Shown here: positions 47,607-57,276 of the stretch, piece by piece
How positions within the stretch are numbered: the first letter of the stretch is position 1
Layout of the letters: each line of letters opens with the position of its first letter
Source: Acidobacteriota bacterium
GTDB lineage: Bacteria > Acidobacteriota > UBA890 > WLXD01
Length of the DNA stretch: 64,000 nt
Direction of reading: 5' to 3'
Assembly: GCA_963666215.2 (NCBI GenBank)
Contig: CAXWPL010000005.1
Location: forward strand, 1 to 64,000
Translations under genes and position numbers: made by a program
Notes under the pieces: generated by a model
What the model was told of the DNA's origin: nothing
The model's input: the letters and a program-made list of their open reading frames with translations, nothing else
Databases searched by the model: none

Positions 47607-50600
47607 CTAGCGCCGTCCGTCCTCGCCGGCGACTCCCGGCAATCCCACCGGCTCGTCGTCCCACCACCACAGCGCCGGCAACGGCCGCTGCCGCGGGTAG
47701 GTTTCGTCGAGGGTGTCGCCCTCGTGGAGACGTCCGTTGATCATCACATGCTCGATGGTGTTGGTGTTGCGGATGTCGTCGAGCGGGTTTTCTTGAAGAA
47801 TCACGAGATCGGCGAGCTTGCCCGGCTCGATGGAGCCTAGGTCGTTGTCGAGCCCGATGGCCTCGGCGCCGAAGATCGTGGCAATTCGCAGGGCGTCGTG
47901 CTCGCTGAGGCCGCCCGACTGCAGCGCCCACAGCTCCCAGTGGTAGCCGAGGCCCTGGAGCTGGCCGTGGCTGCCGACGCCCGCCCTACCACCCGCCTCG
48001 ACGAGGTCGCGCACGAACTGTGCGTGACGGCTGAAGACGTGCTGATCGGTACGGAACCACTGACCACGCCGCATCGTGCGGACGTCGACCTCGTCGTGCG
48101 GCGTGAAGCGGCGCAGCTTGGCGCTGTCGTGCGGGTTCTCGCGGCTGTAGAAGTAGTTCTCGGCCCAGGGGCCGCCGTACGACACCAGTAGCGTGGGCGT
48201 GTACACCCGCCCGCTCTCGACGAAGAGCTTCACCACGTCGTCGTAGAGCGGGAAGATCGGCAACGAGTGCTCGAGCCCCGGGTAGCCGTCGATGGTCTCG
48301 GTGAGGTTCTGCTTGATGTTGAGCGAGCCCTCCGTGGTGGGCATGAGCTTCAGCTCGCGGGCCGCCATGATGATCCACTGGCGCACCTTGCGAGTGCCGG
48401 CGACGTACATCTTGATGGTGTTGGTGTCGAAGTAGTCGGAGTACCGCGACAGCAGCTTCTTGGCCTCCTCTTCGCTGCTGATCGCGTCTTGCCAGAAAAC
48501 TCCGGGGCCTGTGGAGTAGATCCGCGGCCCCAGAACGCTCCCGGCGCGCACCATGTCGGAGTACGACAGCACCTCGGTGTTGCCGGTCTGCGGGTCGCGT
48601 GTGGTGGTGACACCGTACGCGAGGTTGGCGAGAAACGGCCAAACGTCGGTGCGATGCAGGCCATCGCGCGCCCGCAAATGGGCGTGCGCATCGACGAAGC
48701 CGGGCACGATGGTCCGGCCCGAGACGTCGATGACCTCGGCGTCGGACGGCACGTCCACGCTGCCGCGCGCGCCAACCGCCGCAATGCGGTTGTTACGCAC
48801 AACGATGTCGGCGTTCTCGATGACCTCTCGATCTTTCGACGGATCCATCGTGATGACTCGCGCACCGCGCAACACGGCGACCGACGAAGGCATGTCGCGC
48901 TCGGCCTCGATGGCGACACGCACCTCGATCGGCTCGTAGCGCGGCTCTTCGTCCTCATCCTCGTCCTCGCCCTCGTCGGAGTCGTCGGCGGTGGCCGGCT
49001 CATCCGCGTCGTCGGCGTCGGCGTCGGCGCCGCTTTCCTCCTCAGCCTCCTTTGCCTCCTCCGCGGCCTTCTTCTCGGCTTCGACTCGCTCCTCGAACGC
49101 CCTGGCCGCGTCCACGTCGTAGGTGAAGAAGGCGTTGCCGAGCGACCAGTGGACCTTACGGCCGTCGGCGCCCCAGGCCGGAAACTCGCCACCAATCTCG
49201 GTGAGCTGGCGAGCCGGCAGCGCCGCGCTGTCGGGGTCGCCAACGTTGATCGTTGGAGTGGAGCCGATCTGCGTCACCGTCAGCGTGTACAGCTGGTTCT
49301 GAATCAGCGCCATCGCCTGGTCGCCGCGTGGTGCCATACGAATGGTGTCGGGCGACAGCGCCTGCGGGGAAGCCGGCGGCGTAGGGCCACGAACCTTGAC
49401 GTGCTCCCGCTCATCGGTGCCGTCCCAGCGGATTGAGACGAGCGTGTCGGGAGACTTGAAGAGGTAGATGCGGTCGTCGGACGCTTGCCCGGCCTGCGCG
49501 GCTTGGACGAAGTGGGGGTCGCCACGGTCATCGCTCGGGGCGATCAGGGTCGCCGGCCCGCCGCTATCGGCGTCGGGCGGGTTGGAGTCGACCCAAACGA
49601 TCTCGTTGACCGGCGCGCCCGCCGCACCAATCGTCTTGAACGCCTGGGCGAAGCCACGCAACGCCACAACGCGCCCGTTCGGCGCCCAGGCGGGCGAGAA
49701 ATAGGTGCCCGGATCACGCGTTAGTCGTGTACTCGTTCCACCGCTTGCCGCGACCTTGTAGAGGTGACCCGCCTCGCCGTCCCAGGTGGCATAAGCAATC
49801 GACGTTCCGTCGGGCGACCAGGCCGGAAAGTGCTCCGACATGTCCGCCGACGTCAGCCGCCGAGGGCCCGTGCCGTCGGCGTTCGCCACCCAGAGGCGAT
49901 CGAGCGCCGTGAAGGCAATCGAGCCTCCATCGGGCGAAGGCACGGCGTCGCGGATCTGACGCACGGTGAAGGTCGGGCTGTCGTCGATCGGGTAGTCGAA
50001 GTCGAGCCGCGCGCCGAGCTCCAGGTCGAAACGCACGCGGAACGGGATTTCCACGGAAGAGCCGGCGGTGCTGGCATCTGCATTCACCGCGAGCCTCCAG
50101 ATCTTGCCGCCGTACGAGGCAACGAGATGCCGTGAGTCGGGCGTGAACGACATCCCCGGCAGCACGTCGAGAGCGGCACGCGACTCCTGGTCGTCGTGCT
50201 GAACGGGGTACGCGAGCCAGCGCTCGACGCCGCTCTCGAGATTCCGCAGCACGAGACCCGTCTGGTCCTCGTGGCGGGTGCCGTACACCAGCCAGCGGCC
50301 GTCGTCTGAGAGCGTTGGCCGAAAGCCCGAACCGTAGCGCAGAGATCGCGGGTAGCGGTTGCCTGTCTCGCGATCGTAGACCTCCAGCTGGTACTGCGGC
50401 ATCGGGGCGTTATAGGTCCAGTCGCCCGTGCGGCGGGCATACCAAATGTGACGACCGTCCGGCGCGGCGGCGAGGCCGGTGACCTTCAGGTTCTCGGGTT
50501 CGCTGAACAGCTGTACGCCGCTGCCGCCGTCGACGTGGTACAGCCACGGCTTTGGAAGCGCTCCGCCTCGAAAAGACCCCTTTGCCACAACGATGTACTT

Positions 50601-51125
50601 GCCGTCGGGGGTCCAGTCCGGAGACTCGACGCGGTTCGTCTCTCCCTTCGAGACCTGCTTCGGATCCGAACCGTCTGCGTTGATCAGCCAGATGTTCTGA
50701 CCACCGTCGCGATCCGACGTGAACACGATGCGCTCGCCGTCGGGCGAGTAGCGCGGCTGGGCATCGAACGCCATGCCCGAGGTCAAGCGCGTGGCGTCGC
50801 CTCCGCCGATCGGAATCGAGAACAAATCGCCGAGGTAGTCGAAGACCATCGTTTGCCCGTCGGGGCTGACGTCGATCGACAGCCAGCTTCCTTCGGTCAG
50901 GTCGATGGCGACCGTGCGATCGACCGGCAGTGGCAGATCGCCGTTCTTGTCTTCCTCGCCCTCTTGATCGTCGTGGTTGTTCCGATGAGCCTCGTCGGCG
51001 TCAACGCGACCGCGAGTAGGCGAGCCGTGCAGTCGCTGCCCGACGGCCGGCGTTGCCAAGGCCTGCAGCACCATGGCGACGAACAAGAGAAGAGACGTTG
51101 GCTGTCGGAAGCGAAGCGAATGCAT
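47607..51125 (-). CDS. exported amidohydrolase with N-terminal PD40/TolB-like propellers
   Basis: Signal peptide, SPDG repeats, acidic linker, PGFVDAHAH, GVTT, GSHG, GSIEPGKLADLVIL. Confidence 0.92.
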   Translation of the reverse strand: MHSLRFRQPTSLLLFVAMVLQALATPAVGQRLHGSPTRGRVDADEAHRNNHDDQEGEEDKNGDLPLPVDRTVAIDLTEGSWLSIDVSPDGQTMVFDYLGDLFSIPIGGGDATRLTSGMAFDAQPRYSPDGERIVFTSDRDGGQNIWLINADGSDPKQVSKGETNRVESPDWTPDGKYIVVAKGSFRGGALPKPWLYHVDGGSGVQLFSEPENLKVTGLAAAPDGRHIWYARRTGDWTYNAPMPQYQLEVYDRETGNRYPRSLRYGSGFRPTLSDDGRWLVYGTRHEDQTGLVLRNLESGVERWLAYPVQHDDQESRAALDVLPGMSFTPDSRHLVASYGGKIWRLAVNADASTAGSSVEIPFRVRFDLELGARLDFDYPIDDSPTFTVRQIRDAVPSPDGGSIAFTALDRLWVANADGTGPRRLTSADMSEHFPAWSPDGTSIAYATWDGEAGHLYKVAASGGTSTRLTRDPGTYFSPAWAPNGRVVALRGFAQAFKTIGAAGAPVNEIVWVDSNPPDADSGGPATLIAPSDDRGDPHFVQAAQAGQASDDRIYLFKSPDTLVSIRWDGTDEREHVKVRGPTPPASPQALSPDTIRMAPRGDQAMALIQNQLYTLTVTQIGSTPTINVGDPDSAALPARQLTEIGGEFPAWGADGRKVHWSLGNAFFTYDVDAARAFEERVEAEKKAAEEAKEAEEESGADADADDADEPATADDSDEGEDEDEDEEPRYEPIEVRVAIEAERDMPSSVAVLRGARVITMDPSKDREVIENADIVVRNNRIAAVGARGSVDVPSDAEVIDVSGRTIVPGFVDAHAHLRARDGLHRTDVWPFLANLAYGVTTTRDPQTGNTEVLSYSDMVRAGSVLGPRIYSTGPGVFWQDAISSEEEAKKLLSRYSDYFDTNTIKMYVAGTRKVRQWIIMAARELKLMPTTEGSLNIKQNLTETIDGYPGLEHSLPIFPLYDDVVKLFVESGRVYTPTLLVSYGGPWAENYFYSRENPHDSAKLRRFTPHDEVDVRTMRRGQWFRTDQHVFSRHAQFVRDLVEAGGRAGVGSHGQLQGLGYHWELWALQSGGLSEHDALRIATIFGAEAIGLDNDLGSIEPGKLADLVILQENPLDDIRNTNTIEHVMINGRLHEGDTLDETYPRQRPLPALWWWDDEPVGLPGVAGEDGRR

Positions 51126-51473
51126 GGAACTTCTCCAGGGAGATCTGCAACGAAGCCTTCGAGGTCGGCCCGTCCGTCGGAGCTCGACACTCGTCACCGG
51201 CAGGCGAAAAGCGCGACACGAGGGCGCGCACGCAGCGCCCGTGAGGGCATGAAATCGATCGGCGTCGCGTGTGTCAATTCGGCGTCGGCGGTCGCCCACG
51301 ACGAATGCCAGTCAATCTGTCCGCCGGGAGATCGCCAACGACCCCTGCGGTCCACAGGCCACTTTCCGGAGGCTCCTCAGGGTCTACGGATGCCGTATAG
51401 TTTGCGAGCTTGGGACAGTGGTGCGCGACTCAGCGCCAGTTCCGTCGAATCGACTCGGGAGGCCGCGGGTAAG

Positions 51474-52836
51474 ATGGGGCGCAAGAAGTACGGCCGCTAT
51501 GAGGTGCTCGAGACGCTCGGGCGCGGTGCCATGGGGGTGGTGTACCTGGCGAAAGACCCGGTCATCGGCCGCCGTGTCGCCCTCAAGATCATCCGCGAAG
51601 ACATCGACCTCGAGGAAGCCGATCTCGAACAGCTGGAGGCTCGCTTCCGACGCGAGTTCCACTCCGCCGGGATCTTGTCGCACCCCAACATCGTCACCGT
51701 TTTCGATGTCGGCGTCGAAGACAGCGCCTCGTACATCGCCATGGAGTACATCGACGGCGACAGTCTCGAAAAGATCTTGAAGTCCAGCAGAAAGCTCACG
51801 GCGGCCGAGATTGGCGACCTCGCCAAACAGATCGGTAGCGGACTCGACTACGCCCACAAGAATGGCGTGATCCACCGCGACATCAAGCCCGCCAACATCA
51901 TGATCGACGACCACTTCCGACCGAAGATCAGCGACTTCGGCGTGGCCAAGCTCGACTCCACCGGCATGACACAAACCGGCACCTTGCTCGGCACGCCGGC
52001 CTACATGTCACCCGAGCAGGTCACTGGCAGGAAGGTCGCGGCGGCGTCGGATCAGTTTTCAATGGCCGTGATTCTGTTCGAGTTGCTCACCGGCGACCGC
52101 CCCTTCGAGGGCACGACTCCGACAACTCTCATGTAGTCAGATCGTCCACGAGCAGCCGCGATCGGCGCGCTCGGTGAACGCCCAGCTGTCGCAGCAGGCC
52201 GATGAGGTGTTGGCGCGTGGGCTCGCCAAAGACGCGTCGCATCGCTTCCCCGGTTGCGAAGCGCTCGGCGAGGCCATCGACGCCGCGCTGCGCGGCACCT
52301 ACGTTGAAGCTCCGGCGACGAGCGCGTCATCCGTGGGCGTCGACACCCGCCCCGATGACGCCACGCAGGTGCTGTCGGGCGTGACGATGCCCGCAGCGCC
52401 GGCCGCAATGGCGCCACCATCAGGCACGCCGGCCGCCGGCCCGATGACCGCCCCCGGCGTGGGCCAAACCGCATCAAGGCGGACGCCACGCCCCATCGAT
52501 AGCACCAGCCCCGTGCAGAAGGCGCGTCGCGGTAAAAAGCCCGTGCGCTACTACCTGGGTGACGTCGTTAGCAGACGGCGCAAGCAGCGCCGGCGCATCG
52601 TGTGGGTGCTGCTGGCGGTGGTGCTGACGGGTGGCTACTTCATGTGGCGGCAGGGCATGCTGCCCATGGAGCGGCTGCAGCCGTACCTCGACGCGGCAAT
52701 CACGCGCACAGAGTCGCTGCTCGGAGTGGAGATCCCTCGTGGAGAGGCCGAAAGCGAGTCGACCAGCGAGTCGGTCAGCGAAGATGCCGCGATCGACTCA
52801 GATCCGGCCGAAGGCGACGGCGCCGCGCCGCAATAA
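51474..52836 (+). pseudogene. membrane-anchored Ser/Thr kinase (PknB-like) split by a 1-bp insertion
   Basis: GRGAMG, HRDIKPAN, DFG, YMSPE all present. ATGTAGTCAG at 52131-52140 restores MYQIVHE if G52136 is removed, in frame with ORF 52174-52836 (TM at IVWVLLAVVL). Confidence 0.85.
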
Positions 52837-53054
52837 GCGCGCGGCGGGTCGCGGGTGTGGACGGCACCGCACAGCGTCAGCTCGCCGGATTGACAGCTCG
52901 CCAACTCGTCGCCGCACAGCGCGGCTCCGAAGCATCGTTGAGCCCACGCGCGTGGGCCAAATGCCCGCCAACGGCGCGAGGCGTTGTGGTAATCTCAATC
53001 GAACTCGCGGCACACGTAACAGCCCTGCCAACTGTCGCCCGTTTTCGAGCCTCA

Positions 53055-53666
53055 ATGATGTCCGGAATTAGCCTCCGTCCACGTTTCCACGCCCCAGGTG
53101 CAGCTCGAGTGGCGGGCGCGTGGCTCCTCGCTGTCATCGTCGGCCTCGTGGCTGGCGCCCTCCTGCCCGGCGCCCTAGCTCAATCGGCTGTGGCACCGAG
53201 CGGCGACGAGGTGCTGTTCGCACTTCGGGACGTCAGCCTCGGGCTGGATGCCTTGCGGGTGCGCAGCGCACTGGCAACCGAGGCCGGCGGTAGCGCACTC
53301 CTGCAGCTCGACGACGGCACTCTGGTTGGCGTGCAACTCGTATCGGTCGCCGACGGCTGGTCGGTACGCGATATCTCGCTGGTGGCTGGCAACCCCGACT
53401 CGTTCCACTCATGGCGCGAACCATGGGAGCAACGCGTGGCGGCGGCCGAGACGCTGCTGTCGGTGCTCGACTCCGGAGGCGGGCCGGCGAGCACTCGAGA
53501 GGCGCGCGAGCTCGCCCCGCTGGCTTGGTTCGAGGATCCGAACGAGAGCCAACGACTGTGGGGCATGAACCCGGTCACGTTCCGCATGATGCAGGCACTG
53601 CGCATGATGCCGGCAACGCCGATGAGCGGCGGCAGCGCAACGAACCCGGTTCCGCGCAATCAATAG
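53055..53666 (+). CDS. hypothetical exported protein
   Basis: Signal-peptide-like N-terminus ending ALA; Met-rich C-terminus; start uncertain. Confidence 0.6.
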   Translation: MMSGISLRPRFHAPGAARVAGAWLLAVIVGLVAGALLPGALAQSAVAPSGDEVLFALRDVSLGLDALRVRSALATEAGGSALLQLDDGTLVGVQLVSVADGWSVRDISLVAGNPDSFHSWREPWEQRVAAAETLLSVLDSGGGPASTREARELAPLAWFEDPNESQRLWGMNPVTFRMMQALRMMPATPMSGGSATNPVPRNQ

Positions 53667-53784
53667 ACTCCGTCGGCGGCAGTCTCCGCGACCTGTGAGC
53701 TCCGAAGGCCAGCGCCGGGCGAACGGGAATCGGGTCATCATGCTCACCGCGTCGGTTCTGATCCCGCTCTTTTTCGGCGCTTCT

Positions 53785-55233
53785 CTAGCGCCGCCGCCGG
53801 ACCCCTTCGAGCGTGCGCGGTAGATTCGGGCTGAGCTCGATGTGGGTGCGGTAGACCGATCGACCGGTCCACGTCGAGAGCCGGTGTGCCAGCGGCAGAC
53901 GCGGGTCGTTTTCAGAGCCTGCCTGAGGTTGCGGCGTTCCCCCGAAGCCGAATCCACCCAACGCGCTTTCCTCGCCGTTGGCGATCAGAGTCGCCACTTC
54001 GCCAGGACGCACCTCGAGCTCATCGGGCGCGCGCACGACGCAGTGGTTGCTCGTCACCGGCCCCACGAGCGGACACGGTGTGCCCCGAATCCAGGCGTAG
54101 GCGCCGGCGTCGCCCGCCTCAACGGGGTAGCCATCCGAGTGTCCGACCGGCAGTGTCGCTACGGTTTGTTCAGAGCTCGCGACATAGCCGCGGTGATAGC
54201 CGACGCTGTCGCCCTGGCGCAGCCGCTTGACCTGCACCACGCGACAGCGCAGCGCGGCAACCGGCATCAGGCCAACTTCGGAGTCGACAGCCCGCGAGCG
54301 ATCCGACGGGTAGTGGCCGTACAACGCGATTCCCACGCGAACCATATCCAGGTGCGCGTCGGGGAAATCCATCAACGCCGCGCTGCTGGCCGCGTGCCGC
54401 CGCCCGATCTCGATCCCCGCGGCGCGCGCGCTATCGCAGATCTCCAAAAACCGCCGCAGCTGCACGCGATCGAATTCCGGATCTTCTGTGAAGGTCGTGC
54501 TGACGCCGGCAATCTGCACCCGAGCGCGCCCACCGACGTACTCGATAACCTCGAGCGCCTCGCCATGCGGGACGCCAATGCGCCCAAGACCGGTGTCGAT
54601 GTGAACGTGGAGTCGCAGCGTGCGTTGCTGCATCGCCGCCGAGGCAACGAGGCCCGACACCGATTCGCGTCCGAAGATCACCTGCTCGATGTCGTTCTCA
54701 ACCACGAGGTCCGCGTCGCTGGCGGTCACCACCCCGAAATTCATGATCGGCAACTCGATGCCCGCCTCACGCAGCTGCATCACCTCCTGCGTGTTGGCCA
54801 CCATGAGCGCATCAACTCCAGCTTCGCCCAGAACCCGCGCCATCTGCACGAGCCCATGTCCGTAGGCGTTGGCCTTGACCACCCCCATCACCGGCCGACC
54901 ACCCGCCTTCACGCGCACGGCCTCGAGATTGGTCCGCGCGTTGGGCACGTGGAGGCCAACCCAAGCATCGGATCGCCGCCCCGACGGACCGCCCTGGAAA
55001 CCGAACTGTGATGCCGAGGAGGAGGCCGGCCCCGCCGAAGTGACGTTGGAGCCCGACTCGTTGCCGGCGCCGCGGGTCGTGGCGTCGGCGCTGCCAGGCA
55101 GCACCGCGCCGCTGCCCGCCGCGCCCGCGATCAGCGCGCCACTACCGGCGGAGCGCAGCAGGTCGCGTCGGTTGAGCTTGTTGAGTCGATCGAGCCGGCT
55201 CTTTGCAGCTTCATCGTCGCTTCGCCGCTTCAT
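53785..55233 (-). CDS. alanine-racemase-family PLP enzyme with twin-arginine signal peptide
   Basis: NRRDLL Tat motif, VVKANAYGHG, DTG.GRIG, VR.GIALYG, VGY; SD GAGGAG. Confidence 0.9.
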   Translation of the reverse strand: MKRRSDDEAAKSRLDRLNKLNRRDLLRSAGSGALIAGAAGSGAVLPGSADATTRGAGNESGSNVTSAGPASSSASQFGFQGGPSGRRSDAWVGLHVPNARTNLEAVRVKAGGRPVMGVVKANAYGHGLVQMARVLGEAGVDALMVANTQEVMQLREAGIELPIMNFGVVTASDADLVVENDIEQVIFGRESVSGLVASAAMQQRTLRLHVHIDTGLGRIGVPHGEALEVIEYVGGRARVQIAGVSTTFTEDPEFDRVQLRRFLEICDSARAAGIEIGRRHAASSAALMDFPDAHLDMVRVGIALYGHYPSDRSRAVDSEVGLMPVAALRCRVVQVKRLRQGDSVGYHRGYVASSEQTVATLPVGHSDGYPVEAGDAGAYAWIRGTPCPLVGPVTSNHCVVRAPDELEVRPGEVATLIANGEESALGGFGFGGTPQPQAGSENDPRLPLAHRLSTWTGRSVYRTHIELSPNLPRTLEGVRRRR

Positions 55234-55272
55234 TCGTCGCTCCTCGTCAGCCGTGCGCTGTCGGCCAGTCCG

Positions 55273-55641
55273 CTAGTGGACGAAGCCGATATCTTCGGAG
55301 TTCGGCGCGCCACCCTGCGGGTCGTGAATCTCGCCGAACTGCTCCTGGTACTTCACCAGGTTGTCCTGCAGCGCCGCCACGATCCTCTTGTAGTGCGACG
55401 GCGACACGATCACACGCGACACCAGAGTCCCGCGCGGCCCCTCCCCCGCCGGCGTGACGGCTAAATAGTCGAGCACGAACTCCTCCGCCGTATGGCTGAC
55501 CGACATCAGGTTGGCGTAGCGCCCCTTCAGGTCCTCGTCGCTGGCAGAGATCTGTATCTGGCCAGGGCCGCGGCCCCGCCCCCCGGCGTCGGTGGGCGCG
55601 CTCGGGTTCGTCGGGTCAGCGGGTTCGTCGTCTTGATCCAT
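55273..55641 (-). CDS. DUF3467-family protein
   Basis: GRYANLMSVSHTAEEFVLD...SRVIVSP.H.KR..AL.DNL.KY..QFGEI. Confidence 0.88.
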   Translation of the reverse strand: MDQDDEPADPTNPSAPTDAGGRGRGPGQIQISASDEDLKGRYANLMSVSHTAEEFVLDYLAVTPAGEGPRGTLVSRVIVSPSHYKRIVAALQDNLVKYQEQFGEIHDPQGGAPNSEDIGFVH

Positions 55642-55937
55642 CGGCTGCTCGCTTGTCTGGAAACGCGTGTCGAGATGTAGGGATGAGGAACCACCATGGT
55701 GAACCAGCGCACCCACGCGGTCTACCCGGCGCCGCGACGGCCGCCGCGCGCCCCGGATTGTCGGACCACGAACCGTCCCGAGCCGTCACTCGAGTTCGCA
55801 ACCCCACCCACCGACCACGCGCGCAATTGGCGATCGGCACCCCAGCCGCTATGATCAAGTGCTGGCTGAGCACCGTGCCAGGCACTCGACAATCAAACGG
55901 ACCCTCAAGGTCCGGACCCCGCCCCAGAGGCTCTGGT

Positions 55938-56009
55938 GGGCGCATAACTCAGCGGTAGAGTGCCATCTTCACACGGTGGAAGTCGCAGGTTCGAACCCTG
56001 CTGCGCCCA
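55938..56009 (+). tRNA. tRNA-Val (anticodon CAC)
   Basis: Cloverleaf: acceptor GGGCGCA/TGCGCCC, D-arm ACTC/GAGT, anticodon arm CCATC-TTCACAC-GGTGG, T-arm GCAGG-TTCGAAC-CCTGC; followed by CT, not CCA. Confidence 0.96.
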
Positions 56010-56232
56010 CTCTTGTAAGTCTTGTTAAGTTATGGACTTACAGATACGGAGCCCTTGAGACAGGCGGCTCGACTAACGTCATTGGCGTAATCACGGCGTA
56101 ACTTCGGCCGGCAGATCCGTGGCCTAGCGAGTATCGGTGGCGCCCCCTTCGGGGGTCAGCGACCTCAGCGGGACCGACCATTCCGGAGCGGGCGTCGCGC
56201 CAGCCCCGCACGCCGCACAATCAGCGGTAGGG

Positions 56233-56600
56233 CTACCGAGAGCCGCGGTGGAGCTTCGCTGCCGCCTTACGCAAACGGTCGACGACATCGTCGATTTCGA
56301 CACCGAGCTGCTCGGCTTCCTGCGCCAGCCGATCGACAGACTCTCGGATACGCGCTCGCTTCTCCCTCGCTGTTAGCCTTCGAGGCCCCTCAGCGACGGA
56401 GCTGCCGCCTCCGCTGCGCGTGACAATCAGACCTTCCTCTCGCAGCAGGCCATAGGCTCTCGCCACAGTGTTGCGATTGATTCCGAGGTTAGCCGCAAGC
56501 TTGCGCACGGTCGGCAGACGGTCACCGGGCTTGACCACGCCGCTGGCCGCCATCACGCGAATCTGGGCGACGAGCTAATCGGATATCGGAGTCCCGTCGT
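56233..56600 (-). pseudogene. GntR (YtrA-like) regulator, truncated
   Basis: DGTPISD*LVAQIR...PGDRLPTVRKLA.NLGINRNTVARAY..L; in-frame TAG at 56575-56577 and 5' end lost. Confidence 0.82.
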
Positions 56601-56759
56601 GTCGACACTCGTCGATCGGAGACGTGTCGCCGGCTCAGTACGAGAGGAGGTTCCTGGTCGACCCGGACATCGAGGTGGAGACTGACGCGTCCACCTCTCT
56701 ACTGCTACGACCACCCAAACTCCAAGCGCTCAGGTGTCCACCGAAGTGAGGTAACTCCA
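56601..56759 (+). mobile_element. IS3-family right-end remnant
   Basis: RHSSIGDVSPAQYE C-terminal transposase motif, then IR-like GTGTCCACCGAAGTGAGGTAACTCCA. Confidence 0.7.
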
Positions 56760-56802
56760 ATCTAATGAGTTACCAAGTGGCCCAAACACATGGGGCAGGT
56801 CA
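56760..56802 (+). mobile_element. second IS3-family (IS407-like) right-end remnant
   Basis: GTGGCCCAAACACATGGGGCAGGTCA resembles IS407-group ends. Confidence 0.45.
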
Positions 56803-57070
56803 AGCGCTCGCGTAACTACTTCTCGCCCAACCGGGGGGCGGGCCGATCGACTGACCGGCTCGGCCTCGGCCAACCGCGCGAGCGGGATGGATTCGCGCCC
56901 GGGCACCGACGAGGTGCCGAGCCCGACTACTCCTCACCCAATACTGGGGGGCCGGGGGCTCGGCCTGGGCTGGGAGGCCAGCTCCGGTGCTGAGGGTGAG
57001 GCCGGTGGAGGGCGGGACCAGCTGCGCGGCCAGGATAGATGAGCGCCCGAACCTAGAGCGCTGCCGCGTC

Positions 57071-57100
57071 AACGGACGGCTTCGAGACGAATGCCTCAAC
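57071..57100 (+). mobile_element. IS3/IS407-group transposase micro-fragment
   Basis: Encodes NGRLRDECLN, the typical post-catalytic-Glu motif. Confidence 0.55.
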
Positions 57101-57276
57101 GCCGTGCTTCCACGCGCCCCCAGAACTCCCGCCGCCGATTTCGGCCTCCTTCGTGAACACCTCGGCGCCGGCGAAGGGCAAGGTCCGATCCGCAGCTCGT
57201 TTCAGATCATCGGCGAGCGACGCGTTTTCATCGGGAGACGCAGTCCTCGACTTGGCGTGGACATGCTCTTGCAAAG

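Noticed and set aside
48940-49100. Repetitive TCG/GGC-rich tract as a repeat array
   Set aside because: It encodes the acidic Asp/Glu/Ala linker of the amidohydrolase; no repeat-spacer structure.
50448-51473. Long N-terminal extension of the kinase ORF 50448-52136
   Set aside because: Largely overlaps the amidohydrolase on the opposite strand; kinase homology and SD GGAGG start at 51474.
52131-52140. Stop-codon readthrough or pyrrolysine at the kinase TAG
   Set aside because: The continuation is in a different frame, so a 1-bp insertion explains it.
3709-55011. Long antisense or alternate-frame ORFs (e.g. 3709-4875, 9577-10950, 11094-12824, 25972-27666, 48267-49436, 53842-55011)
   Set aside because: Shadow ORFs of real genes in high-GC DNA; Arg/Ala-rich with no family motifs.
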